In this document: piece after piece, positions 1 to 10,999 of the stretch
How the letters are laid out: the number at the start of each line of letters is the position of its first letter
Position numbering within the stretch: position 1 is the stretch's first letter
Source: Rotaria socialis
Taxonomy: Eukaryota
DNA length: 64,000 nt
Assembly: GCA_905331295.1 (NCBI GenBank)
Contig: CAJNYD010000400.1
Span: 1 to 64,000, forward strand
Reading direction: 5' to 3'
The notes under the pieces: model-generated
What the model saw: only the letters and a program-made list of their open reading frames with translations
Told to the model about the DNA's origin: nothing
Databases searched by the model: none
Translations under genes and position numbers: made by a program

Positions 1-255
1 TGAACTAGTTCAAATCAAAATATTTTAATCTGTCCTGGTTCAGATCAAAATATTTGAAACTGTTCTAGTTCAGTTTAAAATATTTTGATTTTTCCTAGTT
101 CAGATCAAAATTTTAAAGTCAACTAGTTGAGATTAAAATGCATTTCGAAGTCAACTAGTTCACTTTAAAATTTTAATCTGAACTAGGAAAAATTAAAATT
201 TTAATCTGTCCTAGTTCGATTTAAAACTGTACTGGATTTTAATCTATCCTACGAC
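1..255. repeat. Degenerate ~30-bp tandem/inverted repeat array, probably a MITE/foldback arm truncated by the window edge
   Basis: Units such as tgaactagttcaaatcaaaatattttaatc and tgtcctggttcagatcaaaatatttgaaac recur at ~30-bp spacing, partly in inverted orientation. Confidence 0.7.
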
Positions 256-420
256 AGATACATAAAGCAGCTTTTGTCATTTCTATTAATTAAAACTGTA
301 TTTTATATCTTACTATTACGCAAGAACACAAAAACAAATATCGACCACAGTGAATCATAGTAAGTAAGACATTGAAATTTTATAGAAAAAAACACACCGA
401 AATATTTTTTCATATTTAAA

Positions 421-1433
421 GTGTCAATCGCCGTTGATTGTTTACATTCAATAGCTAGTTTTACCAATCCATCATTAATTCGAAATGCTACAACAAATGA
501 ATGTAGATTTTCAAGATTTGCTGGTTCGTTACGTCTTGCTACATCTATGATATCATTCATAGTCAATTTACGTACATTGCCAAGAAACAATAAAATTTAT
601 TTTTTACCACTTCGAGACATTGGTCTTTATGTGTCATTACTATTAGTGTACTATCTGTTGTTGTACAATTTTTTCTTTGTCGCCGTTTATGTATACCATT
701 TATTTGTCGAATAGAAGGTTTTAATTCATTTTTCAATGGTTGTGTTACAACGTATATGCTTGTTGCATTATCAGTGGTACGATATGCAACAACAGCAAAC
801 TCATCAATTTCATTACAAATTCAGCAACGAATGGAACAGCACGGTTGGCACCTTGCTATAATTTGCTTTGTAATGGGTGGTGTTTGGGCTGTACCATCCA
901 TATTCGGTCGTATGAGTACTTATGCTCCCGAAGGATTTGGCTTTCATTGTGGTCTCGATTGGTTTGATCGCCCATTACCTGGGCGAATTAATTTTTTTCT
1001 TCTATTTTTCTTCGTCTTGTTTATGCCGATCATAATTGTTATCCATGTTAATGTATATATTCAACATACTGCTTATCATTTAACACATTTGAGACCGTCC
1101 ATTGTACTTGAACTGCAACAAATTTCAAGTGAAAAAAGCATTCGCAGACATGTTTCAGGTACACTATTTGAAAAAGAAGCTCGACGTTTACATGAAGATC
1201 AACGCTTTGTTCTCGCTACCGGAATAAGTGTTTTTGTTTATATAATTGCGTGGACCCCTTATAGTATTGTAGCAGTTGTAAAAATATTTGGCGATCAATT
1301 TTCTTTATATAATCCATGGCTTATGACAGCGTGTGCAGTTTTAGCTAAACTTTCAATGGTAACAAATCCAATTGTATATGGAATTATACTTAAAGATCAT
1401 ACAGGAATGAAGCTAAGATTAAATACGAAATGA
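421..1433 (+). pseudogene. Opsin-like class A GPCR, probably disrupted (GTG in place of the start codon, frameshift near 590-605)
   Basis: The frame of ORF 756 extends upstream to ~594 and gives CRIEGF...SVVRY (TM3), YAPEGFGFHCGLDW (ECL2), AWTPY (TM6) and AKLSMVTNPIVY (TM7, retinal-binding Lys position). A TM1-like segment lies in another frame (421-590). I found no GT-AG intron that restores the frame while keeping TM1. Confidence 0.7.
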
Positions 1434-1574
1434 TTATCATCAAGATCTATTTTTCGTTATATTTTAAAGTCAAGTACAGTGTAAACACAGAAAGAGAAAT
1501 TTAAAAAAACATACATTTTCGTACATCTTGAATGCACTAACTAAATTGAAAGGACGTTGGATTACATCGATTCT

Positions 1575-1955
1575 CTATGTAAATGGTTTTTTATTTTTTG
1601 TTGTGGCTTTTGTTGTTGTACTTGTTGATGATGTTGATGATGTGCGAGTTTTTTCTTGTTGTCGCCGAAGTTCTTTGTAATTTGACCATGTGTCTGTATA
1701 AGGTCGAAATAAAGCTGATATGTATTCTTTTCCTATATCTTGTACTGCTTTAAAATCATATTTCACATCTCGTTTTGTTTTATCCCACCCTCCTGCTCGC
1801 TCATATTTACCTTTTTGTTCAATAAATTTATCTTTGCTTGCATGAAAATAATATGCTGCTAATTGTGCGGCTCGTCGGATAGGATAGGATTCAGATAGGC
1901 GACGAATTAATTCTTCATTATTTGATAAATAACGTATTAATGAACGCCACGGCAT
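1575..1955 (-). CDS. NCBP2AS2: NCBP2-AS2-like small protein (single coding exon)
   Basis: MPWRSLIRYLSNNEELIRRLSESYPIRRAAQLAAY matches the family motif L..RLSES.PIRRAAQL. ATG at 1955. Confidence 0.8.
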   Translation of the reverse strand: MPWRSLIRYLSNNEELIRRLSESYPIRRAAQLAAYYFHASKDKFIEQKGKYERAGGWDKTKRDVKYDFKAVQDIGKEYISALFRPYTDTWSNYKELRRQQEKTRTSSTSSTSTTTKATTKNKKPFT

Positions 1956-2217
1956 ATGAATTTTTTTTTTCTTTCTGAAATGAAACAAAAATCAAGTATA
2001 TCGATATTAAAATAGTATGATAATCTTTTCATAGATATGCATTTTCTTTGAGCATCGTTTGAAACAAAACTAGTCTGAATAAAAACAAAATATTTATTTA
2101 TTTTCAACAAAGACAAATAAAAATTGTCGAAAATCACCGTGAAAAAGAAAAGAAAGTTAATTATTCGATAGAAATAAATATACTGGCATCAATCATAGGA
2201 TTCTTTTCAAAGGTTAT

Positions 2218-4626
2218 CTAGTGGCAATTTTGACAGTCTTTTGAACACAATTTGCCTTTATTTAATCGACATCGACATCCACCTGATGTATCGCCACGAC
2301 CACCAGGACCCCATCGAGGACCACGAGTTGGCCACTAAGATAAATAAAGTTTCATCCTAATTAAAAAAAAAAGAACAAAAAGTTACAACTCGTCTACTTA
2401 CACAAATTTCCATTTTACACTGTGTACATTGTAACCAATCACAGCCGGATAATTTTTGTATAATTACTTGACAACCAGGACTAAATATAGTTTGTATGAT
2501 ATAGATAATAATGACAATATACAAAATACTTACCAGTGCATCGCTTCTCTTCGTTTGATCATTTCCTAGAGAGAATAATTTGATAATATTTATAATCTGT
2601 AATTTAATTTTAATCTCACTTCTAAATGTTCTTGATCTTTACGAGCTGTTATATCATTCATAGCTCTAATTTTAAGAGCTTCTTGATATTCAAGACCTAA
2701 ATATATGTATTTGAAATGGATAGTGATAATAGTAAGATCAATAATAATAATAAAAACTTACAATTTTGACCCTCATGGACAGCTACACAGGTCATACAAA
2801 TCCAATGTTTACATCCCTACAAAGATAATCTTCATCGATGAAAATATTTGCTACGCAAAAAAACGACGAGTAAACATACATCACAGTAGACAATATTATT
2901 TCCTTGCAGTTGCTCAATGAACCACCATTGATTACAATCGGGTGTAATACAATGAAAAGTTTTATGCCGACTTTCAGCCCAACGTACACCGATTTCATTT
3001 AATCTATCAACTATTTTTTGATCACGTTTCATATCTTTCACAATCTAGTGAAACAAAAACAAAAACTATTTCTTGCTATCATTGTTAATTAAACTCATTA
3101 TTCTTTTTCTTACACCACGCAATTCTCTTTCACCGATTATAGTAATGCAATCATCATGTGGACATCGCAGCAATGGTTCCGTACTTGTTTCAATCATTTG
3201 TAAAACGCAACGTTTACACATAGGATGCAAACAATGATGAAATAAGACACCTTTATTTTTTCCAGTCAATTCATAACAAATAATACATTCGAATTCATCA
3301 CTATTTTTGTAATAAGCAGCAGTTGCCTGTTGACGTAAATCTTCTTGGAATGCTTTTGAATCTTCTTGATAACGTAACAATTGTTTTTCTTGTTCATGTA
3401 CAAAATTAAGATATTCAACATTTGTCATAAAGATACTTCCACAACCAGCACATGTCGGTGCTGAATCATTCTTACAGTTATGATGTGAACAAATAACACA
3501 ATACCAATTTGGTGGCTATCAATCACAGGTAAAAATGAATATTTAATGCAATTCTGAAGATTTCAAATTCTAGTTTCTTACTGGCTTCGTTGTTGTAGGT
3601 GCATAAGAATTTGATTCAATATGATTTGTTGCTATTCGAGTTGGTTTTGGTTCGACACTGGTTGATTCCGGCTATTATGAAGAATGAAATGAAGATCATC
3701 TTAAAAATATTCATTGTTACATTTTGTACTTTAGAGTCTTTAAGACATTGATCAAGTAAATCTTGACGAAGGCGACGACATGCTTTACATGCTCGACGTG
3801 CTGATGGATTATAACTATGACATTCAACACATTCCCAATATGAAGACTAGAACAAAAAAAGCTTGTTAGCGTAGCCTCTTTGGGGCTAAAATGTGGAACT
3901 CACATATATCCCTTCGACTTACTAAAATAGTTCAAAATAATTCATCTGAAAAATCTACCCTGATTTCCAAAACCTATAATTAGATCATTTCCTATTTGCA
4001 CTTATGTCTGTAATTGAGTATTAATTGTTAGCTCGTATATTTAACAAGGGCAGAGACAGGTTTCTATGGTCTGTAATGAGCAAACATTGCTTTTTTCGTG
4101 TAGTCTGTAATTGAAAAAGGAAGAAATAGCAGCCTAATTAGTCAAGCTCCTAATTAGCACAATTTTAAACTCATTAATGTCTGTCATGGGCAGGGGGGTG
4201 GGGAGTCGCAAAAATCTCGCTTTTAAACTTACACTCACCATTTTCTTCGAAAATATATGTGAGTTCCACAAAAAATAAACATATTCTGGGAAGTTATTTC
4301 GAAATCATTGCTTACCACTGGCCGTACAGTTGAAGGTGAATCAGCGGTTGTCTAAAATAAAAGCAACGATTAGTTTTTATCTTGTCACGATTTCTTGTTT
4401 TCGGCTCGTGATCGTATCGAAAACGTCCATCAAATGAAATACTGAATTCATTCCTAATCGTTTAATATTAAAAAGAAATAGTATTCATCATGAAATATAT
4501 TACATCATATTTTCTCTAAGACACGTAGATCGATAGAGTGTTGAACAAGGCTATGAGATTTCCTTAAAATGTGCAGGAAAAAACATCGTTACTTATTCTT
4601 ACGTCTCCAGATGAAGATGTGGCCAT
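2218..4626 (-). CDS. RBCK1: HOIL-1/RBCK1-type RBR E3 ligase (NZF-NZF-RING1-IBR-RING2), lacking the N-terminal LTM/UBL
   Basis: Phase-consistent exons 4626-4603, 4351-4316, 3846-3730, 3671-3582, 3515-3114, 3044-2880, 2816-2762, 2696-2620, 2565-2534, 2480-2402, 2334-2218. RING1 FECIIC...CLHPMCKRC...CPHDDC; RING2 [32 protein letters not shown]-1-diagnostic tail [22 protein letters not shown]...CSKDCQNCH*. Confidence 0.88.
3892..4270. mobile_element. MITE in an intron of the RBR gene
   Basis: Perfect 18-bp TIR tgtggaactcacatatat...atatatgtgagttccaca, flanked by A runs. Confidence 0.75.
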
Positions 4627-4748
4627 AGTTCATTTATTGAAATATAAAACTGAATTATCTAGAACCAGAAATCAATTTGAAACTAAATACACAGAATTAT
4701 CACATTTTATGAATGATAAAATTCAATGGTAAAATAAAATAATCATGA

Positions 4749-6040
4749 TTAGTCTGTCGGTTTCGCTGTACATGTGAGACATCGCTGTTGATGTTGATCA
4801 TTCCGTGTATTGCAAGCGAAACATGTCCAAGGACCCTGCCGTACACGAAAAGAAACAAGTCTTATTTCTAATGAAATTACGCTAGCAGATATACTTGCAG
4901 TTCTATTAAATGTTCTTGGATATGATAAGAAGAATAAAATGAATAAAGAGTTTGGTCCAACATTTAAATCTTTCATTGTCGAATCATCATGGGCTAAGCA
5001 GCCGTTAACAAAAAAATATTGATTATTTGGCGGATATTGATATGCAAATTCGAACTAAAACAAAATCTGATCATTTCCATAAAGCTGAACAGATTTTTTT
5101 TACATACAGCCGCACGTAATTCTCGCACTTTTGTAAAACGAAAGACATCAATAGGAATTTTACCACCGTTTTGATCAATACCATATTCATCACCATCTAG
5201 TTGAACTTGAATTCTATAAGAAAATATTAATATTAGCAAGAAATAATTTCGTTAACATACGTGAATGATGCTTCATCGTTTTGTTTGTTTAATGCTTTTG
5301 CTTGCAGTCGAATATGTTGTGAGGCGAATTGTGAAGCTAATTGAACAGCCGCAATTTCATCGCCTTCTTGAATATATTTATTGAGACGCTGAATATCAAG
5401 TAGAAGTTCTAAAAATAGATTGAATTTTTGATCATGTTCACATTAAATGAAATATTATATTGGTCAAAAACAAAGTTTATACGATAACTAATCTACATTC
5501 AAATCTTACCTTTAGCAGGAACAACATTTATAGGGGGTATATCAATTTTGCCCTGAATCATCTCGTAGGGAATTTCCTTGTCTTCACTAATATTATCTTC
5601 TTCTTCCATATCTTCATTGGATGATTGTGAATTTGAATCATCTCTGGATATTGTATTTAGCTGTTCGATGCAAACATCTAATGCGTCATGAAATTTTTCA
5701 ATTGTTTGTGCAAACAACCATAAGAAATAAATTCCGGAAGAGCCACGAATTTCATCAGGTTGATTGATTCCGTCACCGCGTTTATATTGTTCGGGTTTTC
5801 GCAATGGAACGTTAAAGATCTCCTAGAATAAAATATTTGTTTCTTTAATTGATTATTTAGTTCAACTATTTTCATAGCTACTAGTTTATTGTTATCTACA
5901 TCGACAGCTCGTATTGAATAATCAGCAAAATTATATTGTCTCAATTCAATGATTGACCTATCAGAATAGTTGATGTCAGGACGTTTCGGATTGTCTGGAC
6001 GGTATTGAATACGACATTTACTATAAGCTGCAAGGTCCAT
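4749..6040 (-). CDS. SHARPIN-like protein A1: PH-like + LTM + UBL + NZF (~328 aa)
   Basis: Exons 6040-5882, 5822-5510, 5408-5261, 5213-5108, 5054-4881, 4835-4749. LTM-like helix pair LNKYIQEGDEIAAVQLASQFASQHIRL; UBL IQVQLD...FTKVRELRAA|FEFAYQYPPNNQYFFVNGCLAHDDSTMKDLNV; NZF WTCFACNTRN...RCLTC. The PH call rests on position and predicted beta-rich character, so it is weaker. Confidence 0.8.
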
Positions 6041-6201
6041 TTTATCTAAATTAGAATAGCAATACAAAAAAAAACTTTTTATAGAAAGTGAACACAATAT
6101 TGTTATCACAATAAAAGCAAAAAAATGAATTATTTTTAACTACATGATGCAAAAATGATGATTCGAAAATATGGATAGATAAAGAAGTTCGATTTAAAAC
6201 T

Positions 6202-7431
6202 TCACCATGACGGAATTATAAAAAGAACAAAAAGTGAATTTGTTTGAATGTTTAACTCGTGCATAGTCATTTTATCATGAGCTAAATGTCCATTAACAAA
6301 AAGACTTTGATTCGTTGGTAGGTTATGTTTAGAATATTCTAACTATGAAAGAAAATTGTTGATTTAATAATAATAGTAGTTCTTATGATTTTATTTTACA
6401 TACCGCAGTACGTAATTCATGAACTGTTGTTGACGGATAAACATTCATGGAGAAATCCTTATATTGATTATTGATTCTTTCATCGGTACTATCGATTTTG
6501 ATTATAATTCTATTGTATGAAATAATAAATGAATTTAAAAAGATGAAAACTATATTTCTGAAACATACTTGATCGTCGGTTGTTCTTTCGATTGTTTAAA
6601 TGAATTAACTGCAAGTGGAGCGCGTATATGAGCTAGCTTTTTACTGAGAACAGCAGCTCCATCAGTATCACCTTGTCTAATGCATTGACCCAATTTATAA
6701 ACATCAACCAAAATATCTAAATCAATAGAAATTATTAATATATGATTGCTTCTCTTTTTTTTGCTAAGAAAATTCTATTCGATCATAAAAAAAATACGCA
6801 AATGTTTAATGAATTGAAAAAAAAAATATATATATATATATCTATACGTAACAAATCCTTAGTCAAATCTAGTTTAAACTTTTTTATTTGTTTCAAAAAT
6901 AAATCCAAAACACTAACTTTCTAAATAATAACAGAATCGTACCATTTTCATCGTTAGGTACCACTGACTTTACTTGGATAGCATCCTTCAGTGGGCTTGG
7001 GTTTATTGTATCATTAGGTGGAGGCTCAGGCGTATGTTCAGCACATAGTTCTAATTCGGCAACACATGTCTCTAATACTCCGTAAAACGAATCTCGCCCA
7101 GCAGCATTTAGATTTAAAAAGAAGACTCCAACGCTACTACGAATTGCATCTGGTTGATCAGCTGTTCTTCCACGTTTATATTGGTCTCCTTTTTCGAATG
7201 GAATGTTGAAGATCTCCTGCAAAAAAAATTGCGTTTTCTGTAATTAATTGTTCGATTCAGCGATTATCATACTGTTTTATTATTGTCCACATCAATACCA
7301 CGCAATGAATACTTAGCGAAATCCAATTGTCTCAATTCAATGAATGATCTATCTGAATAATTAACTTCTGGACGTTGTTCATCCGTTGGAACGAATTGAA
7401 TACGACATTTACAGTAACCTGCCACACTCAT
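6202..7431 (-). CDS. SHARPIN-like protein A2: PH-like + LTM + UBL, no NZF
   Basis: Exons 7431-7273, 7216-6943, 6716-6569, 6509-6404, 6342-6202. Exon lengths 159/148/106 are identical to A1. Paralogy is clear (YCKCRIQ...NYSDRSFIELRQ; LTM LGQCIRQGDTDGAAVLSKKLA; FVNGHLAHDKMTMHELNI). Confidence 0.8.
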
Positions 7432-7756
7432 CGTATTAAAAGCTTTCGAAAACAGAACCAGAAGAAAACAAGGATGGATGCTCCGATAAAATTTCCAACG
7501 AACAGATGAATCAGTCAGCTGTTTTTGTTTTCGACGATGGAATATTAAAAAGAAATAGACAAAATTTAATAAGAAAAATGCTTTGAATTATAGAGACATG
7601 AATTTTGTCTTTACTAGGTAGTGATGTTCACAACAGGTGTTATCCAATTAATTGTAGAGGCTTTCAAGTATATTTCTATTGGTCGAAAGCATGTGTTGAA
7701 AACTATGTTTGCAAAATTTGATTAGACACCTATTTTTTTCTTCCTCGACAATTAAA
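7432..7756. promoter_or_regulatory. Putative bidirectional promoter
   Basis: 325 bp between divergent start codons (A2 on -, ANAPC15 on +). Inferred from gene arrangement only. Confidence 0.5.
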
Positions 7757-8232
7757 ATGTCATCGCATCTTTGGCCAACTATTGAAACATCAAAAGTTAG
7801 CTCATTATGGTTTCGGCCATTGCAAACAGGTAGAAAAATAAATTATTCTAGCTAAATAATCATATGAGTATCTTGAAATGACTTCTTTTAGTTCGCGAAG
7901 ATGTTAGTCTAGCTAAATTTGAAGAAACACTTGAACAAGAACGGCGACGTCATCTTGAAAAAGGTTTTTTCCCTCATGAATATATCGCTTGTATTTAAAT
8001 TCATTTCATTCAAGGTTTAAATTTACCATTTCATGGACGAACAGAAATGGATAATGGCGATGTATGATTATGAAAAAATCAACTGATAAGATTTGTTTTG
8101 TTTTTATTTTAGGATGATGAAGACGGAGATGAAGCTGAAGAAGAAAGTGAAGGCGGTGAGCAAGATGATGAAATGGATGCACAGCAAGGTCCTGGATCAC
8201 CAGGAAACGGAGTCGGCAACGGAGTAGTATAA
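7757..8232 (+). CDS. ANAPC15: Anaphase-promoting complex subunit 15-like
   Basis: Exons 7757-7829, 7892-7963, 8015-8061, 8113-8232. MSSHLWPTIETSKVSSLWFRPL...LAKFEETLEQ...LPFHG followed by an acidic tail, matching the APC15 pattern (L.P....LWF, helix, D/E-rich tail). Confidence 0.72.
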
Positions 8233-8340
8233 CATGATTTGCGTCAAATTTATCATTCTTCTGTCAATTTTTCTGTAGATAAAGATGTTTTTCTTTCGAG
8301 AATATGATGTTTACTTGTATTTTCAGATATATTATCTTTA

Positions 8341-10635
8341 ATGGATAAGTAAGAAATAAGAAAGAAATCAAATTTATTCTTCTTTAATTTTTTTCATTTG
8401 CCAGCGAGTTCGCAGTTAAATTGGTACGAAAACAAGAATTAAACAATAGCAACATCAAATCCTATGAAAATAATGTTAGAATGAGTTATGGATATGATAA
8501 TGAAAGAAATCCACGTTATATTTTCATTATAGCTGATAGCGAGGTTGATCTTGATTGAATATTAATTTCATAAAATTCTTTTGATCGAATTCTATAGTAT
8601 ATCTGGACACACACACTGCAAGAATTAGAATGGGTTACGATATCATCAATCGATGGAGTAGCTACAATTCGATCATTATGTTCTACTGTCATTATTATGT
8701 ACGATAAAACCAATCAGACACTGGCTGATTTCTTTGCTAGTCTGCAAGCAATGCTTGTGCATGGTACGTTGTGTGTACCGTTTTCTTAGACCTAGTTTGG
8801 CATAGAAAATCACCGACTGCTTAATCTTGAGTGTAGTGCTATATATATATTCTTCTTCTAAAAGATATTTTTTGGTTACTTTTAGAACCCAAATTGACGT
8901 TGTCTGGGTCGGATTTATTACTATCAAACAAAGGTATACAGTAAAAACTGATATTATTAATGGGACTTTGACATTTCGAATAGTGATGCATGTAAAAAAA
9001 ACATCTAACATAATATAATGCCTTGCTTGGAGATCATAGATTTCAAAATTAACAAGCAAAGCTATTCTTGGTTTCGTTACCAATGGATTACAGTGAGCTA
9101 ATGATATTTTTGACTTGATACTGATTTCAATCGAATTGAGAAATCTGATTTCGTATTTGCTATGTATAATAATGTTAGTCAGAATGTTTGTATCAAAATT
9201 GTTCAATACGACTGAGCCCTATGCCACTGTAACGATAGTTTCCGGCAATATTGTAGAAAGTTTTCTTTTGCCATCGTATTTAACAAATAAATTTGGGTTT
9301 GAATTCATTAGATTTACTACGCTTTGAACTGATTGCATGTGCTTAAATTCAAATTAGTTATAGGTTCATGAAATTTTAAAGTTTTGTTAAAAATAAATGG
9401 CCATGCTACGACATTTTTATTGAAAGTGTCACCTCTTTACTCTTTTTGAATTGTCAAAAATAATACTCGAGAGATTTTTCTAGGGTTAACATTCCTTGTT
9501 ATCTTACTTTTCTAGCTAGAGTATTGGACATGGGCTCGTTCCATTGGATTGGAGTTGTCTGTATTTTCTTTTCTCTGTTGTTTTTTTTTTATTAAGAATC
9601 GTGTGGATATATTAGATAACAAAGACGCATAATTTACTGCTCTAAACTTGGTGAAATAGTCTCGATTTTTAGAAGAACTCACCTTTATGAAAAATATGCG
9701 AAAATAACGGCTTGCATCTCAAGCATTTGACCAACATGTTATATAGCACGTCGCGAAAGCTCACCATCTAAATTTATCCATAAGGGAGTGCAAGGTCACA
9801 TTCAAACCATAGATATTAAGGAATGAAATTTAGTTTTCGATGAATTTTTCTATACTATATTCGAACTCGTGTCTATTTCTATTACAAAATAATTTTGCAG
9901 ACAAGAATATCTAGAAATTTATGACGAAGAAATAAATATTCTATGCAAGTGATTGGTTCACTAAACCTTCGAATTATTTTGCGTCGGCTAAAAAGCGTCT
10001 TAATTTATAGGTCATGCAGAATCATCAATGATCGATGAGCTCATAAATGCAATTAATACAGGTGCTGTGGATGAGGCTGAGCGTATCGCACAAAAAGTAG
10101 CAACATCTAAAGTCAATGTTCAATTTAGTTTGCTCAATAAAAACGATAAAGAAGAAACGAGAAAAACTGAATCAAAGGCAGCTGAGATTAAAAAGGAATC
10201 TTCTGATAATATTCTTGAGTTAGTTTTAATAATTAGTTTACATTGCTATATTTGATCTACTTCGTTAGGTTAACGCTTAGTATTGAATCTTTAATGGAAC
10301 ATGATCCTTTAATAGCGTCTATCACTGTTAGTTCTGGCACAACACTACAATCCTTAAAAGAACAAGTTAGTTTTTATGAAGAAAGAAAACTTGATTCTTA
10401 TAGTGAATATTTTAACTAAAAAGTTTAATTCATAATTTAGATAGAAAATCAATCGGGTATTAAATCTAGTAATCAATATTGGTTTGCATTTAAACGATAT
10501 CCGATTCCGAATGACTATATTTTCGGATCTTCACTGCCAGTAGTTGCAATTCAACAACAGCAGCCGTCAATCAATTATATTCGATCTGGCGATACACTAA
10601 TTTTGTATATTTCTCAAACACCTCTTTCACGCTAA
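8341..10635 (+). CDS. SHARPIN-like protein B1: PH-like + LTM + UBL (~286 aa)
   Basis: Exons 8341-8348, 8405-8543, 8598-8763, 8886-8933 (optional, phase-neutral), 10011-10218, 10269-10365, 10441-10635. LTM IDELINAINTGAVDEAERIAQKVATSKVNVQFSL; UBL LTLSIES...GTTLQSLKEQ|IENQSGIKSSNQYWF...GDTLILYI. The 8-nt and 166-nt exons match B2 in length and phase. Confidence 0.72.
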
Positions 10636-10999
10636 AATTAAAACCAAAGAATAATTTTTTCTTATTCATTAATCTATTTCGTACAAATTTTCTATTTTAT
10701 TGATGCATACCGAAAAACAAATAAACAACTTTTGTTTTGTTTTAAAGTTCTATATGCGAAAATTATCACTATTCTAGATATGGTGTGTTGATGCCTCTCA
10801 AATGTTTTAAGACAAAACATATGAAAGAATATTTCTGCGTACATGTTGATGAACGATTGTATTTGAAGGAGTTACTCAAAACGTTAAGTAACCATCAAAC
10901 TGTAATTAATAAAATTTTCAATGATTCATACAAAATCAGATTACTAAAAGAGTCACGTGTATAAAGATTTAAATTTGTTTTTCTTTCTAGATACTATTC

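Noticed and set aside
1..255. CRISPR-like periodic repeats
   Set aside because: Units are degenerate and contiguous with no unique spacers and no cas genes, in eukaryotic DNA.
8516..9327. Minus-strand ORFs 8516-8713 and 8676-9206 and nearby plus ORFs
   Set aside because: They are shadows of B1 exons or lie in its intron; no recognisable motifs.
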